Assembly: GCA_009787405.1 (NCBI GenBank)
Contig: WRGA01000119.1
Span: 328 to 64,327 of the forward strand
Reading direction: 5' to 3'
DNA: 64,000 bases
DNA from: Candidatus Azobacteroides sp.
GTDB taxonomy: Bacteria > Bacteroidota > Bacteroidia > Bacteroidales > WRGA01
The notes under the pieces were generated by a model. The model did no database searches, was not told the origin of the DNA, and was given only the letters and a program-made list of their open reading frames with translations. Below are positions 54,941 through 63,656 of this stretch, piece by piece. A program made the position numbers and the translations under genes. Position 1 is the first letter of the stretch; the number at the start of each line of letters is the position of its first letter.

Positions 54941-56821
54941 ATGGCAGCAGAAGATTGGTTTAAAGAGGGCAATAATTGGTTTGAAAAAGAGGATTACTCA
55001 AAAGCCTTAGATTGTTATGAAAAATGGTTAGATGCCGACTACATTTTAGATGAAGTAATTTCAAAAACTATACTTGCAAATAGTGAAAAAGCCTTGCAGA
55101 CAAATCCAAATAATGCAAAGGCGTGGCTATTCAAAGGCATTGCTTATAATGGGCTTAGAAATTATACAGAGGCAATAAAATGTTATGATATAGCAATAGA
55201 CTTAAAGAATGACTATGAAAGAGCGTATAACTACAAAGGAAATGTGTTATATGATTTAGGCAAATATGAAGAGGCAATACAATATTATGACAAGGCCATG
55301 GCGTTAAATCCTGACTATGCAAGAGCGCATTACAACAAAGGATGTTGTTTAGATGATTTAGGCAGGAAAGAAGATGCAATACAATGTTATAATAAAGCCA
55401 TTGAGTTAAATCATGACTATAACAACAAAGGACTTGCGTTATCTGATTTAGGCAGGAAAGAAGATGCAATACAATGTTATGACAAGGCCATAGCGTTAAA
55501 TCATGACTTCGCACTTGCGTATAACAACAAAGGAAATGCGTTATCTGATTTAGGCAAATATGAAGAGGCAATACAATGTTATGATAAAGCCATTGAGTTA
55601 AATAATAATTTAACATTAGCGCATAACAACAGGAGAATTATTTTGCAAATGTTGGAGGAAAAGAAACGAAACAAAGATTTTCCAGAAGGCCTAAAGGATT
55701 CATACCTTTCATTGTATGATAGTGATTTTTTCAATGAGGTAACTACGGGCTGTTCAAAAAATATCAAACAACATTGTGAAAAAATATATTGTCTTTCTTT
55801 GAAGATATTAAACGTTCTGCAAATAAAAAAAGAAGATAAACACGAAAAAGGCGTTGCTCATTATACATACAAAAGAGTATCACAAATATTATTCTTTGAT
55901 AAAGTAAAAGATAAGGAAGGGAAAGAAATAATAGATGAAAATGGTAATAAAAAACCTGTTCCTTTTCGATTAAATTCCGTAACGAATTCAAATGATATAC
56001 AAGAGGGAAAAACGCTGTTCAATTATCTGTTTGACAATCAAAAAATGCGCCCGCAACCTGAACAATTTGTGGCATTTGTGGGGTGTTTTATGTTCAATTA
56101 CGATAATCTGAATCAATTCCGCCTGTATGGAAAAGAAGAAGGGAGAAAGGAAGGAACGGGAATTAGTATTGTGATGAAATCCGATTTTTTTAGTTTAATT
56201 GAAAAATCACCTATTCAGCAGGAGAAAAGAAGAACTTCTCAAGACGATGTCGATATGAAAGCGTCTCTGTTTCGTTGTATTTATATTGACCCGGAAACAA
56301 ATCAAGTGGTATCGGTAGGACATAGAGATTTTCATACATTTTATAAAACCGGCGATATTTTATACAATAGAGAAAATAATAAAGACCACATTAAAAAAAT
56401 AGCGGAAGATATAGCAGTTTATAAAGACGGTATTGATAAAAAAGTAGAAGCTGTAAAGGGATATTTAGAAGATTTGAGAACAGCAGTAAATAAGGCAAGA
56501 AAGAAGAAATTAGATGAAAACGTGATTTGTGATTTATTGCTTAATTTGCGGTATTTGGTAAAGCACGTTGCTTTTAAAGAAGAACAGGAATGTCGTATTA
56601 TAAAAATAAAAAGACCTTGTGAATCAGATAATGAGCAACCAATAGATGAAGATGAAAAACGCGAAAGATTTTATGTTAATTATTTACCTGTAACCAATTA
56701 CGTAAGTAAAGTTATTTTCGGTCCCAAAGCTACAGGAATGGAATTGTTTCAAAGTCTGCTGACATATCAAAAAGGTTTTGAAAAGGTAGTATGCTCTCGA
56801 AGTACAAGCCCTTTGGCGTAA
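54941..56821 (+). CDS. TPR-repeat protein fused to a DUF2971-like C-terminal domain
   Basis: About 6 TPR units are present (A..YNNKGNAL.DLGKYEEAIQCYDKAIELN). The C-terminal blocks are AHYTYKRVSQIL...FRLNSVTNSNDIQEG, FVGCFMFNYDNLNQFRLYG and VKHVAFKEEQECRI. The family name is from memory. Confidence 0.6.
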   Translation: MAAEDWFKEGNNWFEKEDYSKALDCYEKWLDADYILDEVISKTILANSEKALQTNPNNAKAWLFKGIAYNGLRNYTEAIKCYDIAIDLKNDYERAYNYKGNVLYDLGKYEEAIQYYDKAMALNPDYARAHYNKGCCLDDLGRKEDAIQCYNKAIELNHDYNNKGLALSDLGRKEDAIQCYDKAIALNHDFALAYNNKGNALSDLGKYEEAIQCYDKAIELNNNLTLAHNNRRIILQMLEEKKRNKDFPEGLKDSYLSLYDSDFFNEVTTGCSKNIKQHCEKIYCLSLKILNVLQIKKEDKHEKGVAHYTYKRVSQILFFDKVKDKEGKEIIDENGNKKPVPFRLNSVTNSNDIQEGKTLFNYLFDNQKMRPQPEQFVAFVGCFMFNYDNLNQFRLYGKEEGRKEGTGISIVMKSDFFSLIEKSPIQQEKRRTSQDDVDMKASLFRCIYIDPETNQVVSVGHRDFHTFYKTGDILYNRENNKDHIKKIAEDIAVYKDGIDKKVEAVKGYLEDLRTAVNKARKKKLDENVICDLLLNLRYLVKHVAFKEEQECRIIKIKRPCESDNEQPIDEDEKRERFYVNYLPVTNYVSKVIFGPKATGMELFQSLLTYQKGFEKVVCSRSTSPLA

Positions 56822-57025
56822 TTGCAAAAAGACGAAAAGTTATTGTAATTATGATATAATCTATAAAAGAGATCAGCGCCCAACGAGCAGTTTGTCAAAA
56901 GAAGTGAGTATTTTCTTGTCTGAACGGCTTTGGTATTTGGCAGTTTTTTAATTTCATCTGCAATTTGCGATGCAATCGGTTGAGCGTATAATGATAAAGT
57001 TTTTCGCCGTCTTGCATCAATACAG

Positions 57026-57418
57026 TCATTTGATAAATAAATAGGCTATAACCGACATTCCAATTGCGACCGTTCCAATGAATAAGCAGATGAGCCCAAG
57101 AAAAATGGGTGCTATGTCTCCTTCTATACAAAATCGCTCAGGTTTTTCCTTGTCATAAAACACTTGTACAACATTTCCTTTTTGAAAAAAAGTGGGACTG
57201 CCAGATAAACTTTTTACTTTCAATAATCCCTGCTCTGTTTGATATTCAACGGTGGGTCTGCCTCGGAATGATACCGCCACTACTGTAGCATTAGTTTTTA
57301 TTCCATACTTTTTCAGTTTTCTTTTCCTAAATAAAATATTTATACCAAAAACAAAAAATGTAATGCTTCCTAATAATGTTAATCCAATAACTAACAATTT
57401 TATTTGATTGATATCCAT
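57026..57418 (-). CDS. DUF3592-like small membrane protein
   Basis: Its layout is an N-terminal TM segment, a beta-rich middle (TNATVVAVSFRGRPTVEYQ...GNVVQVFYDKEKP) and a C-terminal TM segment. Confidence 0.55.
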   Translation of the reverse strand: MDINQIKLLVIGLTLLGSITFFVFGINILFRKRKLKKYGIKTNATVVAVSFRGRPTVEYQTEQGLLKVKSLSGSPTFFQKGNVVQVFYDKEKPERFCIEGDIAPIFLGLICLFIGTVAIGMSVIAYLFIK

Positions 57419-58125
57419 TTGTTTAAATATTATTTTTATTTGAATTGATTTTTATTTCAAGTTTGTCTCGCTCCCTGTCTTCTTAAAAAAGTTCATAATT
57501 TTTCTTTTTTACGTCATTGGGAACAGTTTGTATCGCAAATTTATATATTTTTTGTCTATAATCACACTATTTTCGAACTTGAATGTAATGTCTAATGAAC
57601 TTGGTACTCAAGTGGGGAAACTGCCAATACTGAAAAGCTGTTTGAATTATGTTACATGCTGAAATTTTAAATGCTTATCCGCAAAAATACCCCCCGGATG
57701 CGAAAGGTGTGGGTCTATTTTTTTGGAAGTACGTTCTTTTTGTATTGCCCTTATTTTTAAAAATTCCCCTTAATAGTAGAAAACAGTATATACAACCATC
57801 CCTTATTTTCCTTTATAAAAGACTGAAAATAAGGGAATAAGCGGGAGACTAAAAAGACAGCTGAGGCTGCTAAAGGTATTTTAGGGTGTAAGGGTTTTCC
57901 CGGATATATAAAATCTTTGCGTTGAATTTTTTTTGATTTTTGGATATAAATAGGAAATTCATCGTATGTCCGAATAACTCAAACAGTTTCTAAGACTCGA
58001 ATGGGACGGAAAAATTGCGAAATCCCGCAATAATTGTTTGCGAGGATATAACTCTATTTAGTGTCAACCCGTTTGTTGTGCGTTCGGCATTTCTGTTATG
58101 ATTGTCAATCTTCATTCTAATATGC

Positions 58126-58791
58126 TTACTTATAATTTATGACATCAAAAGTATAATAAAGGTGATATGGATTGTAACCCACTTCATATTCATAGATATA
58201 AATATGTGCGTTTGTATCGCTTTCTACTCCTTTTTTCACTACATAACCCTCATTATTAAGAAAATAGTGAAAACTACAACACCAAAGACCATTCGACATT
58301 CCATAAGAAAGTTCATAGTGTTTTTTTGAATGTTCAATTAAACTACACCCTTCATCACAACGCAAAATTTGATTATTGTCCATCACCCTTATGAAATAAT
58401 CTTTAGCCTTCATCGAATATGAACCGTTTTTCTTTTCTCCATATTTTTCATACTTCCATAATATCAACACACTGTCAGAATTCGAGTATATTATCGTATC
58501 GGAACTCCATTCGTAAGAAATGCTGTCATCTCGAATTTCATACTTTTTTATGCTCACAAGTTGGCTGCCATCATAAGAATAAACAGTTTCGTATTCGAGC
58601 CGCGCGGTAGAGTCATTTATAATTTCAGGAATACCAAAACTATTGCTTGTATATACTTTTTCCCGCACAATTCTATATTGTTGTTTGTTTGGTGTTTTTG
58701 AAGAAAAAGAGGGATTCTTGCAAGACATAAAAATCAAAAAGCAACATAAACAATTTAAAATCAGCCAAATATCCTGTTTTATAGTTTTCAT
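58126..58791 (-). CDS. hypothetical lipoprotein
   Basis: It has a signal and lipobox-like N-terminus (LILNCLCCFLIFMSC). I recognise no family. Confidence 0.5.
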   Translation of the reverse strand: MKTIKQDIWLILNCLCCFLIFMSCKNPSFSSKTPNKQQYRIVREKVYTSNSFGIPEIINDSTARLEYETVYSYDGSQLVSIKKYEIRDDSISYEWSSDTIIYSNSDSVLILWKYEKYGEKKNGSYSMKAKDYFIRVMDNNQILRCDEGCSLIEHSKKHYELSYGMSNGLWCCSFHYFLNNEGYVVKKGVESDTNAHIYIYEYEVGYNPYHLYYTFDVINYK

Positions 58792-58842
58792 TTTATTATA
58801 TTCAAATCGTTATAAACTGTCTTTGTCTGTTATGCTGTCGTT

Positions 58843-59540
58843 CTATTTTCGCATTCCTATCGGACACACCGACACACATATTCCACAAGTTGCAGAATTT
58901 GAATTTAAATACTTTTTACTTAACTCTACGCACTTGGCTCTGCATTTGTATGCGTCAAAAAATACGTCTCTATCGGTATGAATATCCCATAATTGTCCAT
59001 TACCTGCTTTTGCCGGACAAGCAGAAATACATTCAATACATTTGCCACATCTGCTGTTGTTTATTGCTTTCCCTGTCTGATCAAGCGGATAATCTGTCAA
59101 TAAACTTACTAATCTTAATCTTGGTCCGAATTTTTTTGATATGAACAAATCTGTTTTTCCGATCCAACCTAATCCTGCACGAGTGGCAACCATTTTATGA
59201 GATATTGATGTTCTTAGGGTTCGTTGGTAATTTTCATTTTTTATTTCGTTTTCATCCGAAGGTTCTACAATTTTACAATTATACCCGTTCGCAATAATAT
59301 AGTCTCCAACGTTATGAATAAGTTTGGAAAGATTTTTGTTCATAGATTTATAGTAATTGTAATGCTCTATTGTAGGCGCACAATAATTGTATCGATTATA
59401 TTATCTTCTAACCGTTGACCTATAACAATTCCATATCGGTACGGATAGGATTTCAACAATCCTTCCATATCCGCAAATCCGACAATGAAATCATCCGGTC
59501 TTTCAACGTGATTTTCAATTATAGAGTTAATCTCATGCAT
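58843..59540 (-). pseudogene. short QueG-like 4Fe-4S double-cluster protein, frameshifted
   Basis: The C-terminal ORF carries AGLGWIGK, CGKCIECISACP and CGICVSVCP. An untracked 57-codon N-terminal ORF (59367..59540, MHEINSIIENHVERPDDFIVGFADMEG...) lies in another frame. A third frame reads CAPTIEHYNYYKS and joins the two. Confidence 0.6.
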
Positions 59541-59650
59541 ATAAATATAAATTTTCTGTAATCAGTCTCAGATGTGTAGATAAAATGACAGAGCCTTATT
59601 TTTACAAAAAATCTCCGATAAGGCAAATGAGTAAAATTAAAAAATAAAAA

Positions 59651-59987
59651 TGATTATCGGATGTTATGCCCGGCTCTCCCTGCAGGGAGATGCAAAAAAT
59701 GTGTCAATGTTTCAAAATATTCGTCTTTTTTGTCCCGTCAGGGGACATTATATCGGTAGAAAACACCACATCTCTTCACCCCCTGTCCCGTCAGGGACGT
59801 AATGTGAAGAAGAAAACATTTAGTCCCTGACGAGACTTTGTCCACCGGCGGAATTTTCCATTCTACCGATATGTTGTCCCCGGCGGGACGGAAAACAACA
59901 TTTTTTAGACCGGATTTTTCAAAAAAAAACGAATATTACATTTTACATTCCACTTGGGGGATAGATAGGTGCAACATCCGATAATCA
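59651..59987 (-). mobile_element. 337-bp MITE-like, hairpin-rich repeat element, copy 2 (reverse orientation relative to 8621-8957)
   Basis: It starts tgattatcggatgttatgcccggctctccctgcagggag, which is the reverse complement of the end of copy 1. It has the same length and the same palindromes. Confidence 0.75.
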
Positions 59988-60259
59988 TAAAAATAAATAA
60001 AAGCAAATAATCTCAATTAATTAAACGTTCGTTATTTATTGTTTATTTCATATTTCACCTCGTTTTTTCCGGAAACAGTCCGGCTTCAGGTTCTCTCTAC
60101 CGTCTTAACCCTTCGATGATGCACTCTCAGCGGTTGCGCCCAAGGAGATTTCGTCTTTGCTTTTTACGTTATATCGTCCAGCGACTTGACGTTCGGGCTG
60201 AGGAATACTAATGCGTGGACACGCGACTTCCAAATTCCCGCAAAATTGTTCGTGAACGA

Positions 60260-60298
60260 CAGTCTGCCTGATGCCTGCAGGCAGGCTGTTCTGTTTAT
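60260..60298 (+). terminator. strong hairpin plus T-rich tail inside a GC-richer non-coding block
   Basis: cagtctgcctg-atgcctg-caggcaggctg forms an 11-bp stem with one G-U pair. It is followed by ttctgtttat on the plus strand. Confidence 0.4.
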
Positions 60299-60312
60299 CG
60301 CCGAAAGTCTTT

Positions 60313-61173
60313 TTACTCACGATTCATCAAAAATTCTTTTGTTATTACTTCAAAAATTTGCGGATATTTTCTAAATACTCCGTGAGGCGCAAACGGAATA
60401 TTGAGAAGCAAAGAATTTTTTACTTTCATTGTAAGCTTGACCGCGCTTTCGAGAGGAAACATATCGTCGTCATTGCCACGAATAATCAGCGTTGGAACGA
60501 TAATGTTCTCAACACTTGTATCCGGATACCCGTCTGCGGTTTTGTCCGTCCACATCCCGATTACGCATTTTGCAAATTTGTCGAAATCGGGTAGTGGATT
60601 GTGTTGCCGGTAAAAATCGAAACTTTACTTAAAATAATTTCTGCAATCTTCAGGAGTCGTTTCTGCCATTAAATTTTCCGCCGGCCCGGCATCGGACAAG
60701 CTCCATGTTCCGCCAATGGTAACAATTTTTCGTATCGAAATTTTGTCAGCCGCAGCAAGTCGGTAGGCAATAACTCCGCCATCGCTATAGCCGATAATAT
60801 CAATATTTTTCAGATGCAACCGGTTTACGACAGCTTCAACATCAAGTTGCAATCGCCTGTATGTCAACTTACCGGTTCCCAAAGTAGATTTTCCGTGTCC
60901 CCGACTGTCAATACCAATAATATGGTAATCGCCGGTAAATATGTGCAGTATGGAATTAAAATCTTCGATATTTCCAAAACCACTGTGCAGCATGAGTAAA
61001 GTCGGCTTTCCTACGTTTTCTATTTCTTCGTAGTATATATTTGCATCATCAACTTCAAGATATTTCCCTGTTTTGTGATTAAATTCAGTAATTTGTGCGT
61101 CGGTTGTGATTGCAATAAGCGTAAATGCAAATGTGAAAACAGCGGAAATAATTGTTGAAACAACTTTTCTCAT
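60313..61173 (-). pseudogene. exported alpha/beta-fold hydrolase interrupted by an in-frame TAA
   Basis: ORFs 60625..61173 and 60313..60555 are in the same frame. They read ...CRNYFK*SFDFYRQHNPLPDFDKFAKCVIGMWTDK..., with the stop at 60625-60627. The GYSDGG elbow is present. Confidence 0.7.
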
Positions 61174-61188
61174 TTTCCTTTTGATATT

Positions 61189-61596
61189 TTACTCAAGTTT
61201 TTTTTGTAAGACATATTGGTCTGCCAACTCACCTGTAATACGGTTACCTTCAATATCCAATTGGATCAGACTGTTTTTATCCACTAAATATTTATTTGGT
61301 GGATTTATGCTATCCAGAGTAATCATGTTTTCTTCCTTATTCAAGGTGTATTTCCCTTTGTCCTCAAAAACACCATCTTTACCTACATATTCGGTCTTCT
61401 TTATGTAAGCGCCATTTTCAAGGGTAATGGTAATCGTCATACCCATCCCGCTTGCAGTAGGTAGTGTGCCTACATAAGTACCCTCGCAATCAAGCGGTTT
61501 TTTTGTTTTTGAAGTGTTTCCCCCGCAGCTGCACAGGATTCCTAAAATCGCTGCGACAATCCACATTTTTGTCATCAAACTTTGATTATTGTTCAT
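61189..61596 (-). CDS. NlpE/CutF N-terminal-domain-like lipoprotein
   Basis: It has a lipobox (ILCSC). The block YVGTLPTASGMGMTITITL followed by a beta-rich region resembles the NlpE_N pattern (Y.G.LP.A...G....L.L). Confidence 0.55.
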   Translation of the reverse strand: MNNNQSLMTKMWIVAAILGILCSCGGNTSKTKKPLDCEGTYVGTLPTASGMGMTITITLENGAYIKKTEYVGKDGVFEDKGKYTLNKEENMITLDSINPPNKYLVDKNSLIQLDIEGNRITGELADQYVLQKKLE

Positions 61597-61777
61597 TTTT
61601 AATCTGTTTTTTTATTCCTACTCTTACGGCTTCGTAGGTGTTTTGCCTTTTTATTATACTTTATACCTTCAATTTTCCGGTTCGTTGTTTATCGCACTGT
61701 CATTGGTTTGTACCCTATAGATGCAAAGATACAACATTTTTATCTGAAAATTTTGATATAGTAATACAATGTCTGAT

Positions 61778-62290
61778 CTAAAATGATGACTGCGTTACAA
61801 TACTTCCTGCGCCGATGGTAACGCACGGAAAAATGATGCTGCCTCCGTTAATCCAAACATTGTTTCCGATGCTTACAGTAGTGGTTTTGGATACTGCAAA
61901 CGGGAAATTCTCATTTACACTTTTATTTAGTTTTTCATTTGCACTTCCGGGATGAAAAACAGTGTATATATGAACTCCGGGGGCAATTAACATATTATCG
62001 TCGACAGTGATGCGGTTATCATCCGGAAATACACAATTCATGTTGATTTCGCAGTTATTGTTCGGAAAGATAAATTTACCACAATCAACAAAAAAGGAGC
62101 CGTAATTTGCGTATGTTTTCCCCGTGCGCCCAATAAAATTCGTCGAGTATCTTTAATGGTTCCTTTTTATCGGAATAATCAAGGTTATTGTATTGTTGCA
62201 TCAGATTTCTCGCGGAAGTCCATAATTTCATTAATTCGGAGTTTCCGCAATCATACGATTCACCGACAAGCATTTTTCTTTTTCAGTCAT
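61778..62290 (-). pseudogene. maltose/galactoside O-acetyltransferase-like (left-handed beta-helix) gene with frameshifts
   Basis: The N-terminal ORF reads MLVGESYDCGNSELMKLW... The hexapeptide-repeat ORF (...IGNNVWINGGSIIFPCVTIGAGSIV) is in a different frame. The upstream ATG (MTEKEK) is out of frame across an A-run. Confidence 0.65.
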
Positions 62291-62915
62291 GATTTTCATA
62301 TCTATGAATTTTAAGCAAATATGCACATTTTTCATAGATAAAATGTGAGAAATCTCACGAAGTTGTTATTTTTGCGTACAGACAACAAAAAACGGTAAAA
62401 TCATTTTTCGGATTTTGCCGAATGAACGCTGTGTATAATTTTGGTTATTGGTTATTAGTTGCCGGTTATTAACCTGATCCTTTTGTATTCGATTAATGTC
62501 AAAAATAACATTGTTCCGTCAGGAACAAAATATTGGCAGCATGATACATATCTTGGCAACCACCCCTCTGCTTGCGCCGATTCCGATTTATCGGAATGAA
62601 GAATATTGTAATCGGTGCGTTGTTACATCATGCACGGGTTACAAAACCGTACGAGCGAAGGGCCATGCACATTTTTTAATCCTGAAAATTATATGGTGTT
62701 GAAAATAGATAAAATAAATTAGACAGCAATACCTCAAGGTTAATGATGAGATGAATGGAAGAATATAACGACTTGTGAATCAATGAATAATCATCATGAA
62801 AAACAGTCAATGAATATTTTTCGTTTTCTTGCTTTGCTTTCCAAAATATTTTCTATAACTTGCCGGTGGTTTTCAGTCAGATTATGTCAAGTAAATGGTC
62901 TTAAAATCACAAAAT

Positions 62916-63656
62916 ATGAACGACAACATTAAAAAACAGACAGCGGGACGCGATGCATTAGGCACATTTGCTCCCAAATTTGCAGAATTGAACGACGATG
63001 TTCTTTTCGGCGAAATATGGCCGCGCGAAGCGGAATTATCCGCGCGTGACAGAAGTGTAATAACGGTTACTGCACTCATCAGCGGCGGTAATTTTGAGCA
63101 ACTTAGCTTTCATTTGAAAAAAGCAAAGGAAAACGGCGTAACTAAAAGTGAAATCGCCGAAATCATTACGCATTTGGCGTTTTATGTGGGGTGGCCCAAA
63201 GCATGGTCGGCATTTAACATGGCAAAGGAAATTTATAAAGAGGATAAAATACTTATCGACAACAGCATTTGGGATAAAGGCGAAAAAGGCTCATCCGATT
63301 GGTTTACCGGAACGGTGTGGGTCAAAGGATTATTGTCGCCCGACGAAATGGAAAATTTGTACAATATCGGTTGCGTAACTTTTGAACCGTGCGGCAGAAC
63401 GCTGTGGCATACGCATCCGGTAGGACAAACACTGCTGGTAACTGAAGGCAGGGGCTGGTATCAGGAAAGAGGCAAACCTGCGCTGCTATTGACAAAAGGC
63501 AGTGTGGTAGCCATTCCGAAAGAGGTGGAACATTGGCACGGAGCGGCTAAAGACAGCAAATTGGTACATATTGCTATTTCCAATATGAAAGACGGCAGTA
63601 ATGTTACATGGTTGAAGTCCGTTACAGAGGGAGAATATAACGATATACAGAATTAA
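62916..63656 (+). CDS. carboxymuconolactone decarboxylase-family domain fused to a cupin domain
   Basis: The CMD-like part reads LSARDRSVITVTALISGG...EIITHLAFYVGWPKAWSA. The cupin part reads FEPCGRTLWHTHPVGQTLLVTEG...EHWHGA. Confidence 0.7.
   Translation: MNDNIKKQTAGRDALGTFAPKFAELNDDVLFGEIWPREAELSARDRSVITVTALISGGNFEQLSFHLKKAKENGVTKSEIAEIITHLAFYVGWPKAWSAFNMAKEIYKEDKILIDNSIWDKGEKGSSDWFTGTVWVKGLLSPDEMENLYNIGCVTFEPCGRTLWHTHPVGQTLLVTEGRGWYQERGKPALLLTKGSVVAIPKEVEHWHGAAKDSKLVHIAISNMKDGSNVTWLKSVTEGEYNDIQN

Noticed and set aside
55155-55616. 153-aa minus-strand ORF inside the TPR gene
   Set aside because: It is a periodic translation of the antisense strand of tandem TPR-coding repeats, and the plus-strand TPR reading is clearly the real one.
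8621-59987. The two MITE-like copies as boundaries of a 51-kb genomic island or composite transposon
   Set aside because: The interior carries core housekeeping genes (ppdK, folP, cdaA, an HD hydrolase and DUF1599/DoxX neighbours) and no integrase or transposase. The copies are more likely independent insertions.
60065-60300. tmRNA, RNase P RNA, SRP RNA or 6S RNA in the GC-rich block
   Set aside because: There is no tRNA-like acceptor end or tag ORF ending in ALAA. There is no GAGGAAAGUCC-type RNase P motif and no SRP domain IV motif. The ends do not pair into a 6S-like rod. A covariance-model search is still needed.
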